Of a DNA stretch of 64,000 nucleotides, positions 20,450 to 29,928 are shown piece by piece (the stretch's first letter is position 1; the number at the start of each line of letters is the position of its first letter). Under the pieces are notes generated by a model that was not told the origin of the DNA, did not search any database, and was given only the letters and a program-made list of their open reading frames with translations. Origin of the DNA: Thermoanaerobaculia bacterium (GTDB lineage Bacteria; Acidobacteriota; Thermoanaerobaculia; Multivoradales; Multivoraceae); contig OZ220688.1 of assembly GCA_965116445.1 (NCBI GenBank), forward strand, positions 2,639,654 through 2,703,653, in the 5' to 3' direction. A program made the position numbers and the translations under genes.

Positions 20450-22921
20450 CTAGTGAGCGACGCCCGCCGGCGGGGCCTCGTCCGCCGGCTTCTGGAACTC
20501 GGCCGGCACCTCCGGCACCCTGGGGACGACCCCGTCGAAGACGGTTTCCAGCACCTCGTCCATCGACTCGACGAGATGGAAGGTCATCTCTTCGCGGACC
20601 TCCTCGGGCACTTCCTCGAGGTCCTTCTCGTTCTCCTTCGGAAGCAGGAGCTCGAAGATTCCGGCGCGGTACGCCGCCAGCACCTTGTCCTTGATGCCGC
20701 CCACCGGCAGCACCTTCCCACGCAAGGTGATTTCACCGGTCATCGCCACGTCGCCCCGCACGGGGACGCCAAGCAGGGCCGAGATCAACGCGGAAGCCAT
20801 CGTGATGCCCGCTGAGGGACCGTCCTTCGGAATGGCGCCCTCGGGCACGTGAATGTGGAGGTCCTGGTCGGCGTGGAAGCCCGGCTCCAGGCCGAACACA
20901 TCGGCGCGGCTGCGGAGATAGGACATCGCGGCTCGCGCCGATTCCTTCATCACGTCGCCGAGCTTGCCGGTCAGGATCAGCTTGCCGCTGCCCTTCATCA
21001 GGCCGACTTCGCTCTCCAGCAGTTCGCCCCCGGCCTGAGTCCACGCCAGACCCGTGGCAACGCCGACTTCCGATCCGTCGAGCTTCTTGCGCGGCCGGTA
21101 CTTCGGCTTGCCGAGGAGCTCCGCGACCAGGCCCGGGTCGACGGGGATCGCCGGCTCCGAGGCCGCCTTCTTCGCCTTGCCCTTCTTGCCCTTCGATTCG
21201 GCCTTCACCTTCTCGGCTCGACCGTCCTCGACGAGTCGGCGGGCCAGCTTCCGGCACACGGCGGCGATCTCGCGCTCCAGGTTCCGGACTCCCGCTTCGC
21301 GGGTGTAGGAGTCCATCAGGAAACCGAGGCTGTCATCGCTGAACCGGATCGCGTCGTCGGTCAGGCCGTGGCTGTCCAACTGCCTTGGCACCAGGAACTG
21401 CCGCGCGATCTCCAGTTTCTCGTTCGGCGTGTAGCCGGCAAGCTGAATGATCTCCATCCGGTCCTTGAGCGCCGGCGGAATCGGATGCTCGACGTTCGCC
21501 GTGGCGATGAACATCACCTTGGACAGGTTGTACTCCACGTCCATGTAGTGGTCGACGAAGGTGTCGTTCTGCTCCGGGTCCAGGACCTCCAGCAGCGCTG
21601 ACGAGGGGTCGCCGCGGAAGTCCGTCGACATCTTGTCGACCTCGTCGAGCAGGAAAACCGGGTTGACGGTCCCCGCCCGCTTCATCATCTGGATGATCTG
21701 GCCAGGAAAAGCGCCGATGTACGTGCGCCGGTGCCCTCGAACCTCCGCCTCGTCGCGCACCCCGCCAAGGGACAGGCGAACGAACTTGCGACCCGTGGCG
21801 GCGGCGATCGACTTGGCCAGCGAGGACTTGCCGACGCCCGGCGGTCCGACGAAGCAGATGATCGAGTTCTGCGTCTTGCTCGTCAACTGCCGGACGGCGA
21901 GGAACTCCAGCACCCGCTCCTTGACCTTCTCCAGCCCGTGGTGACCCTGATCCAGGATCGTGGCCGCCTTCTTCAGGTCCTTCAGTTCGCGGCTGCGTTT
22001 CTTCCATGGCACCGAAACGAGCCAGTCGACGTAGTTGCGCGACACGGTCGCCTCGGCCGACACCGGGGGCATGGCTTCGAGCCGGCGCAGTTCCTGCTCG
22101 GCTTTCTCGCGCACGAGTTTCGGTGCACCGGACTTCTCTACCTTCTTCTTCAGCTCGGCGATCTCGTCGGCGCGATCGTCCTTGCGCCCCAGCTCATGGT
22201 GGATCGCCTTGATCTTCTCGTTGAGGTAGTACTCCTTCTGCGCCTTCTCCATCTGCTTCTTGACCTGCACGTTGATCCGCTTGTCGATGTTGATCTTCTC
22301 GACCTCGACATCGAGCAGGTCGTGAACCGCCTGCAGGCGTTCGTACGGGTTCAGGGTTTCGAGCAGGGTCTGCTTCTCCGCGGTGGAGACGGTCAGGTGA
22401 GCCGCCAGGGCGTCGGCGAAGCGATCGGGATCGTCGAGCTTCAGGGTCGACATCAGGCTCTCGAACGCCAGGTGGTGCGACATCTTCGCGTACTGCTCGA
22501 AGCTGTTGAGCAGCCGGCTCATGTAGACCTGCACCTTGTCGTCGGCCGGATAGTCGATCTCGTAGACCTCGACATCGGCCTCGAAGGCGCCGTCCTTCTC
22601 CTCCAGGGTCCGCAACTCCGCCCGACGCATCCCTTCGACCATCACCTTGACGTTGCCGTTCGGCAACTTCACGTTCTGGACCACCCGAGCGACGACTCCG
22701 ATCGGATGGATGTCGTCAATGCCGGGATCGTCCACCTTGGGATCCCGCTGGGCGACCAGGAAGATCAGCTTGCCGGCCGTGCGCAGCGTCTGCTCCAGCG
22801 CCAGCACCGAACCGCGGCGGCCGACGATGAAGGGAGCCATCATCTGCGGGAAGACGACCATGTCTCGCAGCGGCACGACCGGCAGCCGCTCGCTCGAGGT
22901 CGAAATGTATCCGGAAGCCAT
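20450..22921 (-). CDS. lon: ATP-dependent protease Lon (LonA)
   Basis: [28 protein letters not shown] (Lon N domain), AAA+ Walker [10 protein letters not shown], and the protease S-K dyad region [19 protein letters not shown]. The ORF-track N-terminal 375 aa overlap clpX in another frame; the true ATG is at 22919-22921, 2 nt after the clpX stop. Confidence 0.95.
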   Translation of the reverse strand: MASGYISTSSERLPVVPLRDMVVFPQMMAPFIVGRRGSVLALEQTLRTAGKLIFLVAQRDPKVDDPGIDDIHPIGVVARVVQNVKLPNGNVKVMVEGMRRAELRTLEEKDGAFEADVEVYEIDYPADDKVQVYMSRLLNSFEQYAKMSHHLAFESLMSTLKLDDPDRFADALAAHLTVSTAEKQTLLETLNPYERLQAVHDLLDVEVEKINIDKRINVQVKKQMEKAQKEYYLNEKIKAIHHELGRKDDRADEIAELKKKVEKSGAPKLVREKAEQELRRLEAMPPVSAEATVSRNYVDWLVSVPWKKRSRELKDLKKAATILDQGHHGLEKVKERVLEFLAVRQLTSKTQNSIICFVGPPGVGKSSLAKSIAAATGRKFVRLSLGGVRDEAEVRGHRRTYIGAFPGQIIQMMKRAGTVNPVFLLDEVDKMSTDFRGDPSSALLEVLDPEQNDTFVDHYMDVEYNLSKVMFIATANVEHPIPPALKDRMEIIQLAGYTPNEKLEIARQFLVPRQLDSHGLTDDAIRFSDDSLGFLMDSYTREAGVRNLEREIAAVCRKLARRLVEDGRAEKVKAESKGKKGKAKKAASEPAIPVDPGLVAELLGKPKYRPRKKLDGSEVGVATGLAWTQAGGELLESEVGLMKGSGKLILTGKLGDVMKESARAAMSYLRSRADVFGLEPGFHADQDLHIHVPEGAIPKDGPSAGITMASALISALLGVPVRGDVAMTGEITLRGKVLPVGGIKDKVLAAYRAGIFELLLPKENEKDLEEVPEEVREEMTFHLVESMDEVLETVFDGVVPRVPEVPAEFQKPADEAPPAGVAH

Positions 22922-22923
22922 CG

Positions 22924-24159
22924 CTACACCGCCTTCTCGTAGACGGTCAACGGCTGTATGCCCTTCATCACCACATCCTCGTTGATGACGCACTCCTTGA
23001 CGCCGGCTTCGGACGGCAGGCCGTACATCAGTTCCAGCATCAACTCCTCGAGGATGATCCGCAGGCCGCGCGCGCCGACATTGCGCTTCATGGCCTGCCG
23101 GGCCACCGCCCGCAGCGCCTCGGCCGTCAACGTGAGCTTCACGTCCTCGAACTCGAACATCGCTTCGTACTGCCGGACCAGGGAGTTCTTGGGCTCCGTC
23201 AGAATCCGGACGAGGTCGTCCTCGTCGAGCATCTCCAGGGTCGCCACGACCGGCAGGCGACCCACGAACTCGGGGATCAGGCCGTACTTGATCAGGTCCT
23301 CGGGCAGCACGTGCCGGAGCATCTCGCCCGCCCGCTTGTCCCGGTTCCTGATCTCGGCGCCGAAGCCCATCGTCTTCTCGTGCATCCGCCGCTCGATCCG
23401 CTCCTCGAGGCCGACGAACGCGCCGCCGCAGATGAAGAGGATGTTCGTCGTGTCGATCTGCAGGAACTCCTGGTGCGGATGCTTGCGTCCGCCCTGGGGC
23501 GGAACGTTGCACTGCGTCCCCTCGAGGATCTTGAGCAGGGCCTGCTGCACGCCCTCGCCCGACACGTCCCTGGTGATCGAGGGGTTGTCCCCCTTGCGGC
23601 AGATCTTGTCCACCTCGTCGATGTAAACGATGCCGCGCTGGGTCTTTTCCTTGTCGCTCCCGGACGCCTGGTAGAGCTTCAGGATGATGTTCTCCACGTC
23701 CTCGCCCACATAGCCCGCCTCGGTCAGCGTCGTCGCGTCCGCGATCGTGAAGGGAACGCTCAGCAGCCGCGCCAGGGTCTGCGCCAGAAGCGTCTTGCCG
23801 GTGCCTGTGGGGCCGATCAGCAGGATGTTCGATTTCTGCAGTTCGACGTCGGTCCTGGACCGCTCGCCGAAGTCGATTCGCTTGTAGTGGTTGTAGACCG
23901 CGACCGCCAGCTTCTTCTTCGCCTGCTCCTGGCCGATCACATAGTCGTCGAGCAGCTTCTTCAGTTCCTGGGGCTTGGGCAGGGCCGCTTCCTGGCGCTG
24001 CTCGAGCATCCGGTCCTCGGCGATGATGTCGAGGCAGATGTCGACGCACTCATCGCAGATGAAGACCGTCGGACCAGCGATGAGCTTCTTGACCTCACGC
24101 TGGCTCTTGCTGCAGAACGAGCACCTGAGGGCGTCGTCTCCGCTGTCCTTCTTCGGCAT
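22924..24159 (-). CDS. clpX: ATP-dependent Clp protease ATP-binding subunit ClpX
   Basis: Zn-finger [27 protein letters not shown], Walker A GPTGTGKT and the IGF loop; 411 aa. Confidence 0.95.
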   Translation of the reverse strand: MPKKDSGDDALRCSFCSKSQREVKKLIAGPTVFICDECVDICLDIIAEDRMLEQRQEAALPKPQELKKLLDDYVIGQEQAKKKLAVAVYNHYKRIDFGERSRTDVELQKSNILLIGPTGTGKTLLAQTLARLLSVPFTIADATTLTEAGYVGEDVENIILKLYQASGSDKEKTQRGIVYIDEVDKICRKGDNPSITRDVSGEGVQQALLKILEGTQCNVPPQGGRKHPHQEFLQIDTTNILFICGGAFVGLEERIERRMHEKTMGFGAEIRNRDKRAGEMLRHVLPEDLIKYGLIPEFVGRLPVVATLEMLDEDDLVRILTEPKNSLVRQYEAMFEFEDVKLTLTAEALRAVARQAMKRNVGARGLRIILEELMLELMYGLPSEAGVKECVINEDVVMKGIQPLTVYEKAV

Positions 24160-24317
24160 CCGTCGGCTCGTTTCTGCTTGTTCCCGTGCGCTTCGTTCGG
24201 TCCGCCACGACGACCACTACGGGTCGTGGGCACCTCGACGCGGGCCTTCCGGCTCGCGTCCGATCCGTTCGGGATGGTAGCACGGCCCGGGGTCGCCGGC
24301 CGTTCATTCGGCGCCGG

Positions 24318-24908
24318 CTACTGGGCTCCCCGACGCTCCACGACGCGGTCGGCCAGGCCGTACTCCACCGCCATTTCGGCGGTCAGAATCTTGTCCCGCT
24401 CGGTGTCGGCGTGGACTTCTTCGGTGGACTTTCCGGTGTGCAGCGCCAGCAGTTCGTCGATCCGACCGCGCATCCGCAGCAGGTCCTGGGCGTGGATGTC
24501 GATGTCTGTCTGCTGGCCTCCCAGGGCCTGCACCCAGGGCTGGTGAATCAGCACGCGCGCGTTGGGCAGCACGAGCCGTTTCTCCTTGGCGCCGCCCGCC
24601 AGGAGCACCGCCGCGAAAGACGCCGCCTGGCCCACGCACAGGGTCGAGACATCCGGCTTCACATGCTGCATCGTGTCGTAGATGGCGAAGCCCGCGGTCA
24701 CGGAGCCACCCGGCGAATTGATGTAGAGGGAGATGTCCTTCTCCGGGTTCTCGGACTCGAGAAACAGCATCTGTGCGATGACCAGGTTCGCCACGTCGTC
24801 ATCGATAGCCCGGCCGAGGAACACGATGTTGTCCTTGAGCAGCCGCGAGTAGATGTCGTAGGCGCGTTCTCCCCGGTTGGTCTGTTCGACCACCATGGGT
24901 ACGAGCAT
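24318..24908 (-). CDS. clpP: ATP-dependent Clp protease proteolytic subunit ClpP
   Basis: [19 protein letters not shown] with Ser/His catalytic residues; 196 aa. Confidence 0.95.
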   Translation of the reverse strand: MLVPMVVEQTNRGERAYDIYSRLLKDNIVFLGRAIDDDVANLVIAQMLFLESENPEKDISLYINSPGGSVTAGFAIYDTMQHVKPDVSTLCVGQAASFAAVLLAGGAKEKRLVLPNARVLIHQPWVQALGGQQTDIDIHAQDLLRMRGRIDELLALHTGKSTEEVHADTERDKILTAEMAVEYGLADRVVERRGAQ

Positions 24909-24911
24909 GGC

Positions 24912-26315
24912 TTAGCCCTCTTCTTCGGCGGCGGGTTCTTCCGCCCCGCCGCCCGATTCATCCTTGGGCGCAGCGACCGGCGCGTTGGCCTCGAGCAAGG
25001 CCTGCACCGTCGTGTCCCGTCTGAGTTCGATCTTCAACATCTCCATGCCGCCATCCCGCTCCAGCTCACGGCGCAACTTGCCCCGGTTCGTGTTGCGGGA
25101 GCGAGCCATGATCTCCAGCGTGCGCTCGAGCTCTTCCCGGGTCGGTTCGATCCCGTCCTCACGGGCGATCCGGTCGAGCAGGAAGGAGGAATGCGCCCGT
25201 TTTCCCGCCTGCGGCCGGATCTCCTCCATCATCTGCTCCCAGGGCAACTGCTGCTGTTCGAGATCCACACCCTGTCGAGCCAGGTTGTTCGCGTAGGACC
25301 GCGCCATCTGGAACGCCTCGCGTTCCACCACCGCCTCGGGGAGTTCAACCGGATACCGTTCGCGCAACTGCTCGAGCAGGGCGTCCGTGCGCTGCTGGCC
25401 GGCAGCCTCGACCTTCCGCGACCGCACCTGCTCCCGAAGGTTCTCCCGCAGATCATCGACGCTCTCGATGCTCGCGGCCAAGCCGCTGGCCCAGTCGTCG
25501 TCGACCTCCGGCAGCTTCCTCTCGAGCACCTCGTCGAGTTCGACGTCGTAGCGGCGCTGCCGTTCGATGTTGTCTTCCTGCTCGACGCGCTCGAAGCTCG
25601 CCGCCCGACCGGCCGAGAGCCCCGTCAGGTTGTCGGTGAGCTCAGGCCAGACCCGCTCGTCGCCCAGCTCGAGGTCGATGTCGTGGGTCGCCGGACCGCG
25701 AGTGTCCTGGTCGTGGCTGTGGCTGTGGTCGTGGCTGTGGTCATGGTCGTGGTCGTGACCCTCGCCATCCGCCTCCGCGTCAAACCCGGGCATCGCGGAG
25801 CGATGGACCTTCCCGCGCACCCGGTCGCCGCGTGCGGCCGAGCGGTCGACCGGCACCCAGGTCGAGCGCTCCAGGCGAACCTGCTCCAGCACATCGTCGA
25901 CCTCCGCCTCGGTCGGCTCCACTTCGGGCTGCGGCAGCTCGAAGCTCCGGTCGTCGTCGATTTCGACATCGGGCTCGACGTCGACGGTCACCGTGAAGCG
26001 CAACGGCTGGCCGGGGACCACCTCGACCGGCCCGACACTTGGCGGCAGCATGGAGTGGACATCCTCCTCCTCGCGCGCCAACTGCCAGTACTTCGGCGCC
26101 AGCCGCTCCGACACATCCTCCCCGATCGCCTCGGCGAACCGCTGGCGGATCAGGTCGAGCGGCGCCTTGCCCTTGCGGAAGCCGTCGAGACGGGCCCGGC
26201 GACGGTAGTCCTGAGCCACCCTCAGGTGCTCGGCATCGACCTCCTCGGCCGGCACCTCGATGTCGAACTCGTGCCGGCACAGGCCGACCTCCCGCTTGGA
26301 GACCACTACAGTCAT
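24912..26315 (-). CDS. tig: trigger factor with an internal His-rich insertion
   Basis: Canonical N-terminal ribosome-binding signature (GFRKGKAP), PPIase and C-domains. Contains ...DGEGHDHDHDHSHDHSHSHDQD... Confidence 0.9.
   Translation of the reverse strand: MTVVVSKREVGLCRHEFDIEVPAEEVDAEHLRVAQDYRRRARLDGFRKGKAPLDLIRQRFAEAIGEDVSERLAPKYWQLAREEEDVHSMLPPSVGPVEVVPGQPLRFTVTVDVEPDVEIDDDRSFELPQPEVEPTEAEVDDVLEQVRLERSTWVPVDRSAARGDRVRGKVHRSAMPGFDAEADGEGHDHDHDHSHDHSHSHDQDTRGPATHDIDLELGDERVWPELTDNLTGLSAGRAASFERVEQEDNIERQRRYDVELDEVLERKLPEVDDDWASGLAASIESVDDLRENLREQVRSRKVEAAGQQRTDALLEQLRERYPVELPEAVVEREAFQMARSYANNLARQGVDLEQQQLPWEQMMEEIRPQAGKRAHSSFLLDRIAREDGIEPTREELERTLEIMARSRNTNRGKLRRELERDGGMEMLKIELRRDTTVQALLEANAPVAAPKDESGGGAEEPAAEEEG
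25707..25762. repeat. Hexanucleotide tandem repeat (GTGGTC / GTGGCT)n encoding the (HD/HS)n tract of trigger factor
   Basis: tggtcgtggctgtggctgtggtcgtggctgtggtcatggtcgtggtcgtg, read directly. Confidence 0.6.
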
Positions 26316-26420
26316 GACTGGAAGCGTGGAATCAGCGGGTTACGGTTGCGAGAGAAAGGGCGGATGGTTGCGAGAGCAGACTCTGGAGTCCAGGGGGCGC
26401 GACAAGTTGCGTGTCAGGCG

Positions 26421-26502
26421 TGCGAAAGGGGGGACTCGAACCCCCACCCCTCTCGGGACTAGATCCTAAGTCTAGCGCGTCTACCAGTTCCGCCACTTTC
26501 GC
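26421..26502 (-). tRNA. tRNA-Leu (anticodon TAG), long variable arm
   Basis: The reverse complement folds as GCGAAAG/CTTTCGC acceptor, D-arm GCGGAACTGGTAGACGC, anticodon loop CTTAGGA, long extra arm and T-arm GGGGGTTCGAGTCCCCC. Confidence 0.8.
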
Positions 26503-26540
26503 GCCGTCGCCCCCAGGAATGGGCTGCCTCGGGTGGGGTG

Positions 26541-26616
26541 TGGTGAGCCGCCTAGGAATCGAACCTAGAACCCACAGATTAAGAGTCTGTTGCTCTGCCA
26601 ATTGAGCTAGCGGCCC
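26541..26616 (-). tRNA. tRNA-Lys (anticodon CTT), CCA encoded
   Basis: The reverse complement GGGCCGCTAGCTCAATTGGCAGAGCAACAGACTCTTAATCTGTGGGTTCTAGGTTCGATTCCTAGGCGGCTCACCA folds as a cloverleaf; anticodon loop CTCTTAA. Confidence 0.8.
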
Positions 26617-26738
26617 GGCCTCCACGCCGCCTTCGCGTCAACCGGGTTCTCCGGTGCCGGCGGCAGCGGGGCACTATATCCGAAGTGCTGCGGCCCCGTG
26701 CGCGGCAGAAACCGGGTGCGCCGGACCTTCTGCCGCGC

Positions 26739-26951
26739 CTAACCACCCTGAACGAAGCGCACGATCTCGACGCGGTCTCCATCGCGGAGCGCCGTTTCGC
26801 CAAAGCGGGCCCGCGGCACGAGTTCGCGGTTCAACTCGACCGCCACCGTCTTCGGGTGCTGGTCCAGGCTCGCCAGCAGATCGAGAACGGTGGCGCCGGT
26901 CCCCTCGTAAGCCAACTCCTTCTCCTGGCCGTTGACCCGAAGTTGCAGCAC
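26739..26951 (-). CDS. thiS: sulfur carrier protein ThiS
   Basis: ~70 aa ending ...GDRVEIVRFVQGG (ubiquitin-like C-terminal GG). GTG at 26949-26951 (alternative at 26958-26960). Confidence 0.7.
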   Translation of the reverse strand: MLQLRVNGQEKELAYEGTGATVLDLLASLDQHPKTVAVELNRELVPRARFGETALRDGDRVEIVRFVQGG

Positions 26952-26973
26952 TGGGCCCACCGCAGCAACGTCC

Positions 26974-27390
26974 TCAGTCGGGCGCGAGTTCCGCGGTCCG
27001 GTCCGGGGCGTCGGACCACAGCCGTTCCAGGCGATAGAGTTCACGCCGCTCGGCGTCGAAGACGTGGACGACCACGTCGCCGTAGTCGAGCAGCACCCAC
27101 TGGCCCCTGCCCGCTCCTTCGAGATGCAGCGGCCGGGAGCCGTCGGCGCGCAGCCGGCGCTCCACCGCTTCCGCGATGCTGCTCACCTGGCGGGCGTTGG
27201 CTCCGTTGCAGATGACGAAGAAGTCGGTGAAGTCGCTGACTTCGGTGAGTTCCAGCACGCGCAGGTCCTGCGCCTTGCGGTCAAGCGCCGCCGCGGCTGC
27301 CGCGCGAACACGATCCTCTGAGTGGTCGGTCCCCTCGGGATCGGGAGTGGTCGCGGCCCCTTGGGCCTGGAGCGTTTGCACTTGCGTCAA
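26974..27390 (-). CDS. rsfS: ribosome silencing factor RsfS (Iojap family)
   Basis: DLRVLELTEVSDFTDFFVICNGANARQVSSIAEAVERRL...WVLLDYGDVVVHVF. Confidence 0.8.
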   Translation of the reverse strand: MTQVQTLQAQGAATTPDPEGTDHSEDRVRAAAAAALDRKAQDLRVLELTEVSDFTDFFVICNGANARQVSSIAEAVERRLRADGSRPLHLEGAGRGQWVLLDYGDVVVHVFDAERRELYRLERLWSDAPDRTAELAPD

Positions 27391-27995
27391 CGGTACAACC
27401 CGTACTTGCGACAGTAGCGCAGCACCGGGTCCGGCATCAAATCCGCGTTCACGTCGGCACCCTGCGCCAGACGCCGGCGAATGTCACTCGACGAGACATC
27501 GACCGAACGGTGACGGACGAGGACGTAGCCTCGCGCCCTCTCGACGGACGAACGCACCTCCGGGTCGAGCCCCCGCTCCCCGGGACGCGCGAGGACAACC
27601 AGCTTCACCGCCTCGATCAGGTCGTCAAAGCGTCGCCAGCCGGGTAGTTCGTTGAAACTGTCGACGCCCAGGAGCAGGTGGAACTCGGCATCCGGAGACT
27701 CGGTCGCGTAGCGCTCGACCGTCTCGATCGTGTACACGGATCGTCGGAGGTCGAGTTCGGCATCCGACACGATGAGTTCGGGAAAGGGCATCAGCGCCAA
27801 CTCGACCATCGTGTTCCGCCGCAGCGCGGGGGCCCTCGTTCCCCGCGGCTTGTGCGGCGGGCGGGCAGTCGGCAGATAGTGAACGACATCCAGCCCGAGA
27901 GACTCCCGGGCAGCGAGCACCGGTCGAATGTGGCCGTTGTGGATCGGATCGAAGCTGCCGCCGAAGAGCCCGATACGCGCCCCCTTGCCGCTCAT
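27387..27995 (-). CDS. nadD: nicotinate-nucleotide adenylyltransferase
   Basis: MSGKGARIGLFGGSFDPIHNGH (the (H/T)xGH motif) and SSSDIRRR. ATG at 27993-27995; 4-nt overlap with obg. Confidence 0.85.
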   Translation of the reverse strand: MSGKGARIGLFGGSFDPIHNGHIRPVLAARESLGLDVVHYLPTARPPHKPRGTRAPALRRNTMVELALMPFPELIVSDAELDLRRSVYTIETVERYATESPDAEFHLLLGVDSFNELPGWRRFDDLIEAVKLVVLARPGERGLDPEVRSSVERARGYVLVRHRSVDVSSSDIRRRLAQGADVNADLMPDPVLRYCRKYGLYR

Positions 27996-29047
27996 GGCCG
28001 ACTTCCCGACGCCGTGTCCGCGGCTGCATCGGCCGCGTTGAGCAGGCCCCGAAGTTCCCGAACGAGCGGCGCCAGGCCCGCTCCCGCCACGGCCGAGACT
28101 TCGAGTGCCTTCAGTCCCCGTTTCGCGGCCAGTTCGTGAAGCTCGCGGCGCCTGTCCTCGTCGGCGATGTCGAGCTTCGAACCGCACAGGATCCGCGGCC
28201 GGTGCAGGAGTTCTTCGTTGAAGGCGCCCAGCTCGGCATCGATCGTGTCCGTGGCCCCCTCCACGCTGCCGCCCTCTTCGTCCGGCTGCGGCCCGAGATC
28301 GACCAGGTGCAGCAGCACGCGGCACCGCTCGACGTGACGAAGGAAGCGCGTTCCGAGTCCGGCGCCCCCGGCGGCGCCCGCGATCAGACCCGGCAGATCG
28401 GCGATCACGAAGGGCTCCGCTTCGAGCGGTACCGCCGGCGGCCCGACCACGCCGAGTTGAGGCACCAGGGTAGTGAACGGATAGTCCGCGATCTTCGGTC
28501 TGGCCGCGGTCAGAACACTGATCAAGGTCGATTTGCCGGCATTCGGCAGGCCGACGACTCCGACATCGGCGAGCAGCTTCAACTCGAGACGGAGCCGCTT
28601 CTGCTCGCCGGGCGTCCCCGGCTCCGTGCGCCTCGGCGCCCGCTGCCTCGCACTCTTGAAGCGCGCGTTCCCGCGGCCGCCGGCACCGCCCCGGGCAACG
28701 ATCAGCCGCTCGTCATCGGCCAGCACCTCACCCAGGTCCTCGCCGGTCTCCGCGTCGCAGACCTCGGTACCGAGGGGCACGGGGATGATCAGATCACCGC
28801 CGCTCCTGCCGGTCTTGTTCGAGCCCTCGCCGTGCCGGCCCCGCTCCGCGTGGTAGTTGGCGGGAAAGGTGAGGCGGTAGAGCGTGCCGAGCCCCGAGGA
28901 GCCCACCAGAACCACACTGCCGCCGTGACCTCCGTCGCCACCGGAGGGGCCTCCGCGCGGCACGAACTTCTCCCGCCGGAACGCCATGCAGCCGTTACCG
29001 CCGGCGCCCCCGAGGACATCGATGACGGCCTCGTCGATGAAGTTCAT
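27992..29047 (-). CDS. obg: GTPase Obg/CgtA
   Basis: Gly-rich Obg fold N-domain (GGNGG...GGDGGHGG) and G-domain GLPNAGKSTL...DLPGLIAGA. Confidence 0.95.
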   Translation of the reverse strand: MNFIDEAVIDVLGGAGGNGCMAFRREKFVPRGGPSGGDGGHGGSVVLVGSSGLGTLYRLTFPANYHAERGRHGEGSNKTGRSGGDLIIPVPLGTEVCDAETGEDLGEVLADDERLIVARGGAGGRGNARFKSARQRAPRRTEPGTPGEQKRLRLELKLLADVGVVGLPNAGKSTLISVLTAARPKIADYPFTTLVPQLGVVGPPAVPLEAEPFVIADLPGLIAGAAGGAGLGTRFLRHVERCRVLLHLVDLGPQPDEEGGSVEGATDTIDAELGAFNEELLHRPRILCGSKLDIADEDRRRELHELAAKRGLKALEVSAVAGAGLAPLVRELRGLLNAADAAADTASGSRP

Positions 29048-29117
29048 CTACCGCTCCCGGCGGCGACGTCGAAGCCGCAGAACGCATCGCACGCTCGGAG
29101 CGCTGCGGCGCAGGCTC

Positions 29118-29375
29118 CTAGCCGGCTGGATGAACGTTGACGATCGTGCCGCGCCGGCCCCGGTTGCGGAACTCGACCACGCCGTCCGCCCGAGCAAAGA
29201 GGGTGTCGTCATTGCCGCGGCCCACGTTCTCGCCGGGAAAGAACCGGGTCCCACGCTGGCGGACGATGATCGTCCCGCCGGTCACGCTTTCGCCCGCGTA
29301 ACGCTTCACACCCAGGTTCTTGGGATTCGAATCGCGGCCATTGCGGCTCGAGCCCTGGCCCTTCTTGTGCGCCAT
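29118..29375 (-). CDS. rpmA: 50S ribosomal protein L27
   Basis: [29 protein letters not shown]... Confidence 0.95.
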   Translation of the reverse strand: MAHKKGQGSSRNGRDSNPKNLGVKRYAGESVTGGTIIVRQRGTRFFPGENVGRGNDDTLFARADGVVEFRNRGRRGTIVNVHPAG

Positions 29376-29401
29376 TTCTTTCGACCTCCGTTTCGGGACC
29401 T

Positions 29402-29731
29402 CTACGCCCCGGCCGCCCGTTCGATCGCCTCGATCCGAAAACGCTGCAGGTCCTGCCGGTGCCCGTTGCGCCGGCGGTAGCCCTTGCGGCGCTTGAACTT
29501 GAAGACGATGATCTTGGGCCCGCGCAGGTCGGACACGAGCGACGCCCGCACCCGCGCGCCATCGACGACGGGGCCACCGACTTCGGCTTCGCCCTCGCCG
29601 CCGCCGATCATCAACACGCGGTCGAAGACGACCTCCGAGCCCGCTTCGGCGCCGGCAACACGCTCAAGGTCCACGACATCGCCTTCCGCGACCCGGACCT
29701 GCTTGCCGCCGGTCTCTATCACTGCGTACAT
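29402..29731 (-). CDS. rplU: 50S ribosomal protein L21
   Basis: [25 protein letters not shown]... Confidence 0.95.
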   Translation of the reverse strand: MYAVIETGGKQVRVAEGDVVDLERVAGAEAGSEVVFDRVLMIGGGEGEAEVGGPVVDGARVRASLVSDLRGPKIIVFKFKRRKGYRRRNGHRQDLQRFRIEAIERAAGA

Positions 29732-29928
29732 GGTGTTCTCTCTGCGGCGCGCCGTTGCAACGAGCGCCGAACGTCATTCGCCGTTGGCTGTCAACTCTCC
29801 GTGCGGTACGTCCTCAGACCCGCGCCAGGACACCGCCGAGGCGGCATTCGACCGCCGACAGTACCACCGGCCCGCCGGCCCGGTCAACGGACCGCGCCTC
29901 GGCGTACGCGTTCGTCGTCGTGCGGCGG

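Noticed and set aside
20450-24049. A 1,199-aa ORF suggesting a giant Lon fusion protein
   Set aside because: The N-terminal 375 aa are the clpX region read in another frame. The real lon begins at the ATG at 22919-22921, immediately after the clpX stop.
26320-26740. Possible tmRNA or other ncRNA near smpB and the tRNAs
   Set aside because: No ssrA-like tRNA-like domain with a tag-reading frame was found near smpB (62742..63275). The 26.3-26.7 kb region is fully explained by tRNA-Leu and tRNA-Lys.
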